Source: Candidatus Bathyarchaeota archaeon (lineage in GTDB: Archaea; Thermoproteota; Bathyarchaeia; Bathyarchaeales; Bathycorpusculaceae). From it: a stretch of DNA of 48,235 nucleotides. The notes under the pieces were generated by a model. The model made no database searches. It was not told the DNA's origin and worked only from the letters and a program-made list of their open reading frames with translations. Position 1 is the stretch's first letter, and every line of letters begins with the position of its first letter. Below, in pieces: positions 9,241 through 18,335 of this stretch. The stretch covers positions 1 through 48,235 of the forward strand of contig CAVZIW010000014.1 of NCBI GenBank assembly GCA_963775465.1, written 5' to 3'. A program made the position numbers and the translations under genes.

Positions 9241-10467
9241 TTGGTAACCCTGAAATATTTCAACTCCTGTCTATTCATGATTAATTCTATGGCGATAGAT
9301 CAACGGCCTTTGCTTAGTCCTTCAATCGGCAAGTGGATACTTGTTTCAGCCTTGCTCGGGTACACAGCATTAATTTTTTACCTTCTCTACTTCGTCGGCA
9401 TAGGCGAATTGATCGCAGTTATTGAAAGAGTAAACATCAGCATCTATTTTCTGGCAATTATCAGCGTTTTGCTGTCTCTAACGTTTCACACTCTAGTATG
9501 GTTTCAGCTTCTCAATACCTTACAAATTAAGCTAAGTCTCCGTAGAACATACGTTTTGTATTGGGTTGGAGTATTTGTGGATAATCTGATTCCAGGGGGC
9601 TGGTCAGGCGACTTGTTTAAAGCGTATCTTCTGAACAAAGACCCGAAGGTAGAAAGTGGAAAAGCAGTAGCTTCTGTTGTCGCTAAAAACGTGTATGAAG
9701 CTATATTCAACTTAGGCAGCATGGTTCTCGGTATTGTTCTGCTACTGCTAAACTACACTCTTGAGGGCTCTCTTCTTATCACTCTAGGAAGCATAATGCT
9801 TTTACTAACTCTTCCTCTAGTTATATTGCTCCTGGCTAGTTTTAAACCTGAAAGTGCAAAAAAAGTTGTAGATTATTTATTTCGTTTTATCTCTCGTTTA
9901 GGCAGAAACCGCTTAAGGTTAGCTGCATTGGAGGCAAAGGTTGTGAAAGCGTTGGGTGACTATCATGATGGTATGAAAATGTTGCTGCAGAATCCCCGAG
10001 TTCTTTTAAGACCTATTGTTCTTTCTTTTTTTGCATGGGGTTTCGAAGTTCTTGCCCTGCTTTTTGTGTTTGCATCGCTTGGGCAGTTAATTCCTCTTGA
10101 TAAAGTTGTGATAGTTCGCTCCATTGCGGGTAACGTTGAGGCTCAAGGATATGCTTTTGTTGGGTATGCTCAAATTATTTCAAGCGAAATTTACAACGCG
10201 CTTGGTGTGCCCTTTGCCGTAGGTGCGTCTGTGGCTTTGTTAAGTGGAGTGGTAATTTTCCTAATAAAGACAGTAATTTCGTACATTGCTTTTCAATTTA
10301 CTGTTCTCACTCCCGGTTCAAGTTTTATCAATAGGAGACGCAGACGAAGAGCAGCAAAAAAAACCAGTGACGAAAACAGGCAGAGTGTTTCCCAAGGAGA
10401 AAATAAGGCACAAGAAGACAAACCTAAAAAACAGCAAAATGAAAATCGAGTTGAGTCTGATCTTTAA
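9241..10467 (+). CDS. Flippase-like membrane protein (lysylphosphatidylglycerol synthase TM / UPF0104 family)
   Basis: Multi-TM protein with the motif VGVFVDNLIPGGWSGDLFKAYLL and a charged C-terminal tail. Confidence 0.8.
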   Translation: MVTLKYFNSCLFMINSMAIDQRPLLSPSIGKWILVSALLGYTALIFYLLYFVGIGELIAVIERVNISIYFLAIISVLLSLTFHTLVWFQLLNTLQIKLSLRRTYVLYWVGVFVDNLIPGGWSGDLFKAYLLNKDPKVESGKAVASVVAKNVYEAIFNLGSMVLGIVLLLLNYTLEGSLLITLGSIMLLLTLPLVILLLASFKPESAKKVVDYLFRFISRLGRNRLRLAALEAKVVKALGDYHDGMKMLLQNPRVLLRPIVLSFFAWGFEVLALLFVFASLGQLIPLDKVVIVRSIAGNVEAQGYAFVGYAQIISSEIYNALGVPFAVGASVALLSGVVIFLIKTVISYIAFQFTVLTPGSSFINRRRRRRAAKKTSDENRQSVSQGENKAQEDKPKKQQNENRVESDL

Positions 10468-10537
10468 TTGCTTAGATCCTTTTTTTAGTGGAATTAGACT
10501 GACTTCTATGCAATGGTTAGATTAAAGCTTAGAATTA

Positions 10538-10598
10538 GGCGGGGGCTGCTGGGAAAGAAGGGTTGAGAAGGGGAGAAGGATTTGCAGCCCCAGACCAT
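10538..10598 (-). ncRNA. Candidate small hairpin RNA with a CU-rich loop
   Basis: GGGGCTGC/GCAGCCCC 8-bp stem closing a 34-nt pyrimidine-rich loop with CCTTCT x3; TATA-like CGCTTTTATG about 25 nt upstream on the minus strand. Confidence 0.45.
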
Positions 10599-10619
10599 TT
10601 TCTTTTCAATCAAACGAAG

Positions 10620-10841
10620 CATAAAAGCGTTTGTGACATTCACAGATATACGTCAAAGATAAAAATTCTTCAGGTTGTTTCGTATAAATTTTGGAGCTTC
10701 TTATGTTGCGATTTAGAACGGAGATTTCGAATGCAAGCCCTCTTTTTTAGCTGTTAAACATCTGACGCTTTTTATTTCAGCGTAATGAATGTAATGCAGG
10801 GATTTTGTGGTTGCTAGGTGACAGTCACATCGCTTTTTATC
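10620..10841. promoter_or_regulatory. Divergent promoters sharing a GTGA-NN-GTCACA-(N1-2)-CGCTTTT(T)AT motif
   Basis: Minus strand GTGAATGTCACAAACGCTTTTAT (10643-10621); plus strand GTGACAGTCACATCGCTTTTTAT (10818-10840). Confidence 0.5.
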
Positions 10842-10887
10842 ATTCGAGAGCATATATCATATATTAAGATATGATAAAAGGTGTTTC

Positions 10888-11358
10888 ATGATGCTGAATA
10901 AAGACCCAACAAACCACTTCATCAAAAAAACGATGTACGCCGCAGCCTTCATTTTAACAATTTTAGCCTTCAGCATAACAACCGCAGATCTTAATTCAAA
11001 CAGAAACATTGTCCAAGCCGGATCCGTGACCGGTATAGGAACTGGAATATATTGGGATCAAATCTGCAAAAACAACACAAATGCATTAGAATGGGGCAAA
11101 ATAACGCCAGGCTCAAAAAATAACTTAACAATTTACGTTAAAAACCAATGCAATTCAGCAGTCACTTTATTGTTAAAAACATCGGATTATAAACCAACCT
11201 CCGCTTCAAGCTACATCACATTAAACTGGAACTACACTGGTCAAATTCTAGAAGCAAATCAACTGATTCCAATAGAAATAACACTAACCATCTCACCCTT
11301 AATACGCGAAATAGCCGATTTCAGCTTCACGACAACCATAACATCAAGAGGCGAATAA
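10888..11358 (+). CDS. Secreted or cell-surface beta-rich (Ig-like) hypothetical protein
   Basis: N-terminal signal/TM segment; GIYWD..C, WGKITPG, TIYVKN, ITLNWNY, Thr-rich strands. Confidence 0.7.
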   Translation: MMLNKDPTNHFIKKTMYAAAFILTILAFSITTADLNSNRNIVQAGSVTGIGTGIYWDQICKNNTNALEWGKITPGSKNNLTIYVKNQCNSAVTLLLKTSDYKPTSASSYITLNWNYTGQILEANQLIPIEITLTISPLIREIADFSFTTTITSRGE

Positions 11359-11553
11359 CAGCGAAACATCATAAAACAAAATTGGACGGTGCAGTATCAC
11401 GAAATCTAATGACCGAGTAGCTATTAAGTTCTTCTTCAATTTCTATTCTAATCCTAATGTTTTTTTGCTTTATCAGTTTGTCGTATCTCTTTGCAGTTGC
11501 GTACCGTCAGACATTGTTTTAACTTCTCTTATTAGCAAAAAGGAGCTTTGAGG

Positions 11554-11694
11554 ATGGTAAAATGTCCAAAATGCTTTGAAGAAATTAAAAAGCCTGATAA
11601 ATTGATTAACAACTCTTTTTTCCGCATAGAATCTTACACCTGCAATAAATGCAGACATAACTTTAAAGTCACAAATTGCCCAGTTTTTATCTAA
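11554..11694 (+). CDS. 46-aa zinc-ribbon microprotein (not in ORF track)
   Basis: SD AGGAG 8 nt before ATG; MVKCPKCFEEIKKPDKLINNSFFRIESYTCNKCRHNFKVTNCPVFI*, pattern CxxC-x22-CxxC. Confidence 0.8.
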   Translation: MVKCPKCFEEIKKPDKLINNSFFRIESYTCNKCRHNFKVTNCPVFI

Positions 11695-11886
11695 AAATTT
11701 TGTATACGCAATAGCCAATATCGTTTATAGACAATCCTTGACAACAATTGTTCATAGCAATTTTGTTTGGTGAGTATCCAGATGACGAAGTTCTTAACCA
11801 CCGGCGTTTGCAACATTAAGACTGAAAAAGAGGTAAAATTTTACGCATATTAATTTTCAGAAAGGGGCATTCCAACGGTATTTGAC

Positions 11887-12126
11887 TTATTTCACTATTT
11901 CTGCATCTGCAGCGCCGTCGATTAAAGCAGTTACCCTTATTTTCACATGATCGTTGAGTTTTGCGTTTTTAATGAATGTCGGATAGCCTTTAATTTTGGC
12001 GACGCCTTCACCGTTAGGAGCTATATCAAAGATTTCAACTTCAAATTCATCTCCAATTTCCATTGGGTAACTTGCTTTTCCGCGCCTGTTTTTGGCGTTT
12101 CTTGGTGCACGTTTTTTTGGGCTTAT
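11887..12126 (-). CDS. Single TRAM-domain protein (archaeal RNA chaperone/cold-shock type; not in ORF track)
   Basis: PMEIGDEFEVEIFDIAPNGEGVAKIKGYPTFIKNAKLNDHVKIRVTALIDGAADAEIVK*. First ATG is at 12063, but a basic N-terminal tail stays open up to an ATA at 12126 that follows GAGGA. Confidence 0.85.
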   Translation of the reverse strand: MSPKKRAPRNAKNRRGKASYPMEIGDEFEVEIFDIAPNGEGVAKIKGYPTFIKNAKLNDHVKIRVTALIDGAADAEIVK

Positions 12127-12449
12127 GTTTTATCTTCCTCGTAATGTATGGGGCAATTCAATGACATAAGGTTATTGTGTAGAAGCAACAAATCTGATGG
12201 TAGCAGGATTTGAATTTAACGATGAAACTTACGATTGTGAACTTTTTATAAAAAGAACGTAGAGCCAACTCAAAATATAATGAATTATATTATAATTGTT
12301 CTGTTTAGTGAACTACGGATTTCAAATTAGATTTCTAAGCTTACATATTTCCTTTTTTGATTTTTGTCTTAAATTTGGCGTAATAAAGTTTAAGTGACCT
12401 GTAAACTTTTGATTTTCAATAATGAAATTAAACCAAAACTGAATTAAAT

Positions 12450-13610
12450 ATGACACTTACAACTTTAGTTATATTCGATATCAATTGCTTTAAAAAGATT
12501 GTAGATTTTTGGGATATGGAGGTTGCAGACCATGTTGATAGCCCGTTCCTTTCTAGTTGTATGCTTGTTGAGCATTGGAAGTCATCAATCGCTCTTGGGG
12601 AGCATCCTTTTCTTATAATTTTTCTATCTGGTAACCGAATTGTTGGGTTTGCACCTCTACTAATGAAATCCAGCTTTGGATTAAGGAGGGCAAATAATCT
12701 TGCCTACTACATAAATCCAGATTTCTTTTATGACGATTATCGTGAAGTCGGTATTGATATTATGGTTCATTACTTGTTTGACGAGCTTAATTGTGAATCA
12801 GTTGAGTTAACATTTGAAAATGAATCAGCTAACTTGATGATTTTGAAAAAAATTTGCGACAGAAAGAATATCAATTACGAAATGCTGGCTAATGAGGGAC
12901 AGGCAATCATCCCAGTAAAGAATAGTTTGGATTTTTTCAAAATATCTCTGGACCGTAAAACAGCCAAAGAATTTCGACGAATCAGCAAAAAAATAGACAG
13001 AATAGGTTCTTGGAAAATTTCTTGTTGTAGTATGAATTGCAGTTCAATAGAGAAAATTCGGGAGATTGAACGATTTAGTTGGAAGACTAATTTACGAGGA
13101 AAGCAAAGAGCCGCAAAGGACCTGGGTCTGGAATGTATTATAAATGGCGCTCAAGTAAATAGAAACTGCAAGGCTTCTTTTGAATCCGAGGTTTGGATTT
13201 TAAACATTAATGAAATACCAACTGCCTATGTTATTGCTGTAAAACGAAACAAAACCTTGTTTCTCCTGAAAACCTCTTTTGATTTGCGATTTAAAGAATT
13301 TTGGCCCGGAAAATTTCTTATGAATAATTTAATTGAAAGGGTTTTTATAAATAAGATTTTTGACAATATTGATTTAATCTCTAATCTTCACTTTGTCCAC
13401 ACTTGGAAGCCTTTGGTTAAGAAGAGAACGACTGTCAAACTTTCGCGGAACTCATTATTGTCAAAAGCCATTTTTATAGTTTTTGAAAATAGAATTAGTC
13501 ATAAGTCCCTTCAAATAATTGAGCGATTTAGATGGGACCGGATGCTTCGCCAAAAAGAATCAAAAAAACTGGTTCAAAAGTCTGGAGTGCAAAAAGATAG
13601 ATATATTTGA
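12450..13610 (+). CDS. GNAT-family protein (Acetyltransf_6 / CelD-BcsL type)
   Basis: VGFAPL, IERFSWK, LKTSFD..F..FWPGKFL; two-domain FemAB-like GNAT layout. Confidence 0.75.
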   Translation: MTLTTLVIFDINCFKKIVDFWDMEVADHVDSPFLSSCMLVEHWKSSIALGEHPFLIIFLSGNRIVGFAPLLMKSSFGLRRANNLAYYINPDFFYDDYREVGIDIMVHYLFDELNCESVELTFENESANLMILKKICDRKNINYEMLANEGQAIIPVKNSLDFFKISLDRKTAKEFRRISKKIDRIGSWKISCCSMNCSSIEKIREIERFSWKTNLRGKQRAAKDLGLECIINGAQVNRNCKASFESEVWILNINEIPTAYVIAVKRNKTLFLLKTSFDLRFKEFWPGKFLMNNLIERVFINKIFDNIDLISNLHFVHTWKPLVKKRTTVKLSRNSLLSKAIFIVFENRISHKSLQIIERFRWDRMLRQKESKKLVQKSGVQKDRYI

Positions 13611-13901
13611 TTTTCCAAGAAAACAGATAACTTTTCTGCATTTTTTTATGGTGACACCAATATTTTCTTGATTTTTTTACACAGTCCACAGAACCTTAGC
13701 GACAAAGCTACAAGCTCTTCTTGGGTTCCAAAATTCTTCAAAGAATTAGACTATTAACCAAGATTTTTTTTACTTAGGCTCTCCCGTCATGATTGTTCGC
13801 ATAAGTGCAGGGATACTTCCAATTGTTGGATGTTTTCCGGGATAAGAATAATGATTTGCACTTTAATTTTTGGAATTGTTTATTTAAGAAATAAGTGATA
13901 T

Positions 13902-15065
13902 ATGGAGTTAAATCAATCTAAATTCCCTAAAAGTTTTCACCTATGGAGAGTTCACACTTTAATAGTAACTGAAATTAATACTGTTGAAGGCTTTCTTGAG
14001 TTGCGAAATGACTGGAATAATGCTCTTAAGAAAAGCAGCGACGATACGATATTTTTAACGTGGGAAAAAATGTTGCCTTCAGTTAAATACTTAGAAAGAA
14101 ATAAGCGGCTGAAGATTTTGTGTGCAAAAGAAGGCAAAAAAATTTTAGGTATTGCACCATTCAAAGTAACACATCACACTTTTAAGGTCTGTTTTAGCTA
14201 TAACACAATTGAACCACTTGCATATGGAAACACAGACTATTCAGGAATAATATTGACTGAGCGCAAGACTGAGTGTTTAGGATTGTTTCTAGAGTATTTG
14301 TTCAGTCAGAAGGATTGGGATGCCATTTGCCTCAGCGATGTCCCAGAAACATCTGTATTGTTTAGTTTATTTAGCAAGAAATTTTCTCAACTTCCTAACT
14401 TTTTGGTAGAACAAAGTTTGATTTGTCCTTATCTGCCCATTCCTAACTCGAAAAACGAATTAGTGAGTGGTCTAAATACTAGATTTAGGAGAGATCTTCG
14501 AAGACTCTTGCGAAAACTTGAACGTGAACAAGGGAAGGTGGCGCTCAGGGAATATTCTCATCTAGGATCTCTTGAGGAGTCGATGCAGGTTTTTTTTGAT
14601 ATCCACCAGCGGAGATGGAATAGTAAGGGCGAGGCAGGTGTATTTGGGACTCAAATGATGCGTGATATATTTCTTGATACGGCATTGTTGTTTGAAAAAA
14701 ACAACTGGTTAAGACTGTACTTCTTGACTGTAAATAACAAACCAATTGCAACTTTGTTGGCACTTGAATACAATAACAAATTGTACGCGAATATTTCTGG
14801 GATTGACCCTGAATATTCTGTTTATAGTGTTGGAAACCTTATGATTTTGAAAGTTCTAGAGTTATGTGTTGAGAATAAAATTAGAGAATTTGATTTTATG
14901 CAAGGTGAGGAATCGTACAAGTTTAGATGGACGAATAATTACAGGCGTAACTACAACATTAGATTTGTTAACAATAAACTCAAATCTAGATTAATTCAAT
15001 TTGGTGCAGAAGTCTTGCCAAGGGTCGGGATGAGTGTTTTTTTAGATAAAATTTTATCAATTTGA
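13902..15065 (+). CDS. GNAT-family protein (Acetyltransf_6 / CelD-BcsL type)
   Basis: IFLTWE, LGIAPF, TDYSG, CPYL, HQRRW, SGIDPEY..YSVGNL, FDFMQGEESYKFRW. Confidence 0.88.
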   Translation: MELNQSKFPKSFHLWRVHTLIVTEINTVEGFLELRNDWNNALKKSSDDTIFLTWEKMLPSVKYLERNKRLKILCAKEGKKILGIAPFKVTHHTFKVCFSYNTIEPLAYGNTDYSGIILTERKTECLGLFLEYLFSQKDWDAICLSDVPETSVLFSLFSKKFSQLPNFLVEQSLICPYLPIPNSKNELVSGLNTRFRRDLRRLLRKLEREQGKVALREYSHLGSLEESMQVFFDIHQRRWNSKGEAGVFGTQMMRDIFLDTALLFEKNNWLRLYFLTVNNKPIATLLALEYNNKLYANISGIDPEYSVYSVGNLMILKVLELCVENKIREFDFMQGEESYKFRWTNNYRRNYNIRFVNNKLKSRLIQFGAEVLPRVGMSVFLDKILSI

Positions 15066-15116
15066 AAGGTATTTGTTTAAGCGCTTGATTGTTGTATTAA
15101 TACGCAGATAGCGTTT

Positions 15117-16382
15117 TTATTTGGAAATTTTAGTTTTTCTTAGGTGGCTTGGTCCGTACGTTTGTAATATGAATTTGGCATAGAAGTGGAAAAAAGGAAT
15201 TATGTCTTTATGGCTAAAATAGGCGCAGACTTTTTTCCCTATCAGGGATGAAGTGTATTCTGAGATGCTTAGTTCTCCTCTCTGTATCATGGTTTTTGAG
15301 GATTCTCGGTCGCTTGGGAAGTGAAGACTCTTGACGCCGACAGCATAATTGTTTGAATTATGTATCTTCTCACCCAATGCATCCAGATAGCTTGCATAAA
15401 GAATATCCACTCCGCATTCTGTGGGTAACCAGAAGTGGAGCCAAAGTCTAGTGTTTATATCTAGGAGTTTTAGTCTTCCGTCTGTTGGGTCCCTCTTAAA
15501 GTCAGCGCTCATGATTCCTGTATATTTCATCTGTTGGAGTAGTTTGCTTATTTCTCCTCTTTCTTGTGCGAGATCAGATAGGGGAATGCTATGACATAGT
15601 GTGGTGTTTCCAAAGTTTAGAGGCCAGATTCTTATGGCTTGTCTTGCGAAAAGAACCGATGGACGATTCTCTTGATTGTAATAGCCTTCTAACTGGTACA
15701 AGTTGGTGGCGTCACCCGGGATGATTTCTTGAAACAGAACGTCGACTTGTGCAGACGAAAGTAATCGGTAATACTTTATGAGTTCTTCATTCGAATTAGC
15801 TACAAAGCCTTTTTTGTCAAAACCAAATGCTTTGTTGAAGAGGTGCGTCATTGAAGGTTTTACGAATATAGGATAAGAAATTTTTGAAGATAGCTCAATT
15901 GCATCAGTTATATTTTTTGGAAAAAAAGTTGTAGGATGTTGAATATTGTTTTTCTTCAGCGTCTGGTAAAACTTTTTTTTGTTAACTAGCGTTTCAACGA
16001 TGTTTTTTTTGCCTACTGCAAAGTGAAAGTCGTCGGGAATTTCCTCTTTGATCCTCGAGAGACTTAAAGCCAAATCGTCAGTTCCTGGGTAAACTACGAG
16101 CCGTTTGCTTGTGGCACGAGCTGCCCTTTTGAGTATCTTAATTAGAACGTAGTAATCCCAAGGCATGGCAGTGATAATTTTTTTCTTGCAGTATTTGCTT
16201 GATAAAGCGAAATCTTGTTGTTTGTCTGTGACTATGTATACGTCAATGCCCTTTTTTCCTAGAATTTTAGCTGCCCATAAACCTCCCAAGTCGCCGCCCA
16301 GTATCAGCGCCGGATTTTTAATTTCTCGATCGAATGGCATAATTTTCCATTTCCTTTTTGTCTTTGACAAGGGTTGTTTCAA
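15117..16382 (-). CDS. ATP-grasp carboxylate-amine ligase (D-aspartate ligase-like)
   Basis: SKYC, PGTDD, NKKKFY, YPIFVKP, QEIIPG, DFKRDPTDGRLKLLDINTR. Confidence 0.85.
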   Translation of the reverse strand: MKQPLSKTKRKWKIMPFDREIKNPALILGGDLGGLWAAKILGKKGIDVYIVTDKQQDFALSSKYCKKKIITAMPWDYYVLIKILKRAARATSKRLVVYPGTDDLALSLSRIKEEIPDDFHFAVGKKNIVETLVNKKKFYQTLKKNNIQHPTTFFPKNITDAIELSSKISYPIFVKPSMTHLFNKAFGFDKKGFVANSNEELIKYYRLLSSAQVDVLFQEIIPGDATNLYQLEGYYNQENRPSVLFARQAIRIWPLNFGNTTLCHSIPLSDLAQERGEISKLLQQMKYTGIMSADFKRDPTDGRLKLLDINTRLWLHFWLPTECGVDILYASYLDALGEKIHNSNNYAVGVKSLHFPSDRESSKTMIQRGELSISEYTSSLIGKKVCAYFSHKDIIPFFHFYAKFILQTYGPSHLRKTKISK

Positions 16383-16690
16383 AGATTGGTTCTATTACTT
16401 CCAAGATTGGCTGTAGCTTTTCTGTCCGGACTTGGTCTGTAGAATTATCTTTAAGCACCTTATAACTGTTGAGCGGTATTAATCCGTAGCACAATTTAGT
16501 AAATGTTATAGTTGATGTTAGATTATATTGACTTCAACAAGAAAAAGCGGAATCAGTCGCAATCACGTCATTTCAAAAGTAGGCTATAATTCAAAAAAAC
16601 AGGTGACTTGGTCCACTAAAAAATGGGAAATAAGATGACGGTGTTAAAATCTTTAGAAAAAGAGCGTGATACAATGAATAATTCTTATAT

Positions 16691-17822
16691 TTATGGGATT
16701 ATTTCGCAGCCGTTGTACTTTAGGTAGTCAAAATCTTGCAAACTTATTTTTTTCTGACGAATTAAGCTTTGAATCCTTGGTATCTCTGCTTTGATTGTCT
16801 CGATGAGTTGCTCGACAGTGTAGCAGACTTTTTTGTAAGCATCATCATTCCACCTCTTAACTATGTTAGTGTAGAGACATCGGCCACCGCAGACCTTTAG
16901 AAGTTTGCAGTCAATGCATGGCTTTTGGTTCACAAAAATTTTAGGCATCTGCAAGGGATTTGCATCTTTTATGTGTCCAAGATAGTGTTTTTTAATGCCC
17001 CACATGGTTGGGCAAGGCACAATGTAGCCGTCTGTTTGGATAGCATAGTTAATCCAGCCGCCGCCGCAACGCATAAGACAATTATTCTCGTCATTAAGAA
17101 GTGACTCAGCAATGCCTAGCAAAGGGTAAATCTTTAGCACGAACTCCTTCTTTCTCCATTTTATCAACCCAAAATTGGGCAAGACGTTTAACCCCTGGAA
17201 TGTAGCTGGTTTTTGTCCATTGTTCAAAGTTGCGTCTTTGGAAATCGTTGCCCCAGAATCCAGCGTTAAGTTGCCAATGTATTGAGGTAAAAGAGATTTC
17301 TTCGTTGGTTATGAGCCATTTTACTTGTTTTTCGATGTCAGTTAGCTCCATTACAGTCATTCGAGCAATTATTTCTCCTTCGAAACCGTTTTTCTTTATG
17401 AGTTTCAAGTTGTCTATTACTTTTTGAAACGTGCCGCTGCCACGGTAATAGTCAGTTAACGTTTCTTCGCCATCAATAGATACAAGGATTGTGTGGAAAC
17501 GGTTGACGTATTTTGGCTCTATCTTGTCAAGAAGTAATCCGTTTGTTTGGATCATGAAATGTTTGGGTTTGACTTTATTCATGATTTCTCTTAATTTATC
17601 TGCTTGAAGTAAAGGTTCTCCACCGTAAAAAGTCAAGACGCAATCAGAATCTTTGCCACAGAACTTTTTCAGAAGCTTTACATTATAGTTGAGATTGCGT
17701 GGTAAGTTGTAATCAACATCTATGTCGTCTCCGAAGTCGTCGTCAAAATCTTCTAGGCTTTCGCCAAAGCAGTACTTGCATTGCAGGTTGCAGTCGCTTG
17801 TGAGAATCACATGGAAGAACAT
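16691..17822 (-). pseudogene. Radical SAM/SPASM protein (AF0577 / TIGR04084-like) split by a +1 frameshift near 17141
   Basis: CNLQCKYC, FYGGEPLL, QTNG, SIDG in the 5' ORF; CGGG, DGYIVPC, CIDC..VCGGRC..C SPASM in the 3' ORF. Removing one base in GGAGTTCGTG gives ...MEKEGVVLKIYPLL. Confidence 0.8.
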
Positions 17823-18030
17823 GTTTTAATAGTGGATGAATCTGGTTTAATAGTATTTTTCCGTTAACTTGGAGGATTCTTCGCTCTAAAAGTGTGTAAA
17901 TTTCCTTTCGCTCCAATTATGGCTATCAACGAGCAGTTTATGTTATGATATATTGTTGTTCTCAGAATTTTATTTATATGAGTTATTGCAGATAATTTTT
18001 GCTACAGGATTCTGGTCATTGGTGTAAGAT

Positions 18031-18273
18031 TTGGCGGGTTTGTCTAAGAATCAAAAGAAAATAATTGCGATGTTGGAGATAAAACCTGACATGACCACTA
18101 AGGAAATCGCTGAGATGATTTTTGGCAGAATTGTCGAGTACAAATCAAAAGAATATGCTTCAGTGTATCGAAGTCTTATCTCTATAGAAAAGCAGGGTTT
18201 CATCCAGCGTGTACAGGTTCAACTTCGTTGGCGAAAGTCCGACAAGATGCTGAAATCAAAAACGGTTGCCTAA
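18031..18273 (+). CDS. Small winged-helix DNA-binding protein
   Basis: LSKNQKKII..L, MTTKEIAEMIFG, YASVYRSL..IEKQGFI. Confidence 0.75.
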   Translation: MAGLSKNQKKIIAMLEIKPDMTTKEIAEMIFGRIVEYKSKEYASVYRSLISIEKQGFIQRVQVQLRWRKSDKMLKSKTVA

Positions 18274-18335
18274 TTCCATGTTATTAGAAACATTACTCAA
18301 TTCTATGTGAGAACTAACTTAATAGTCTCTCTGAT

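Noticed and set aside
11473-12144. Tracked ORFs 11473..11718(-) and 11947..12144(+)
   Set aside because: They are antisense shadows of the zinc-ribbon and TRAM genes.
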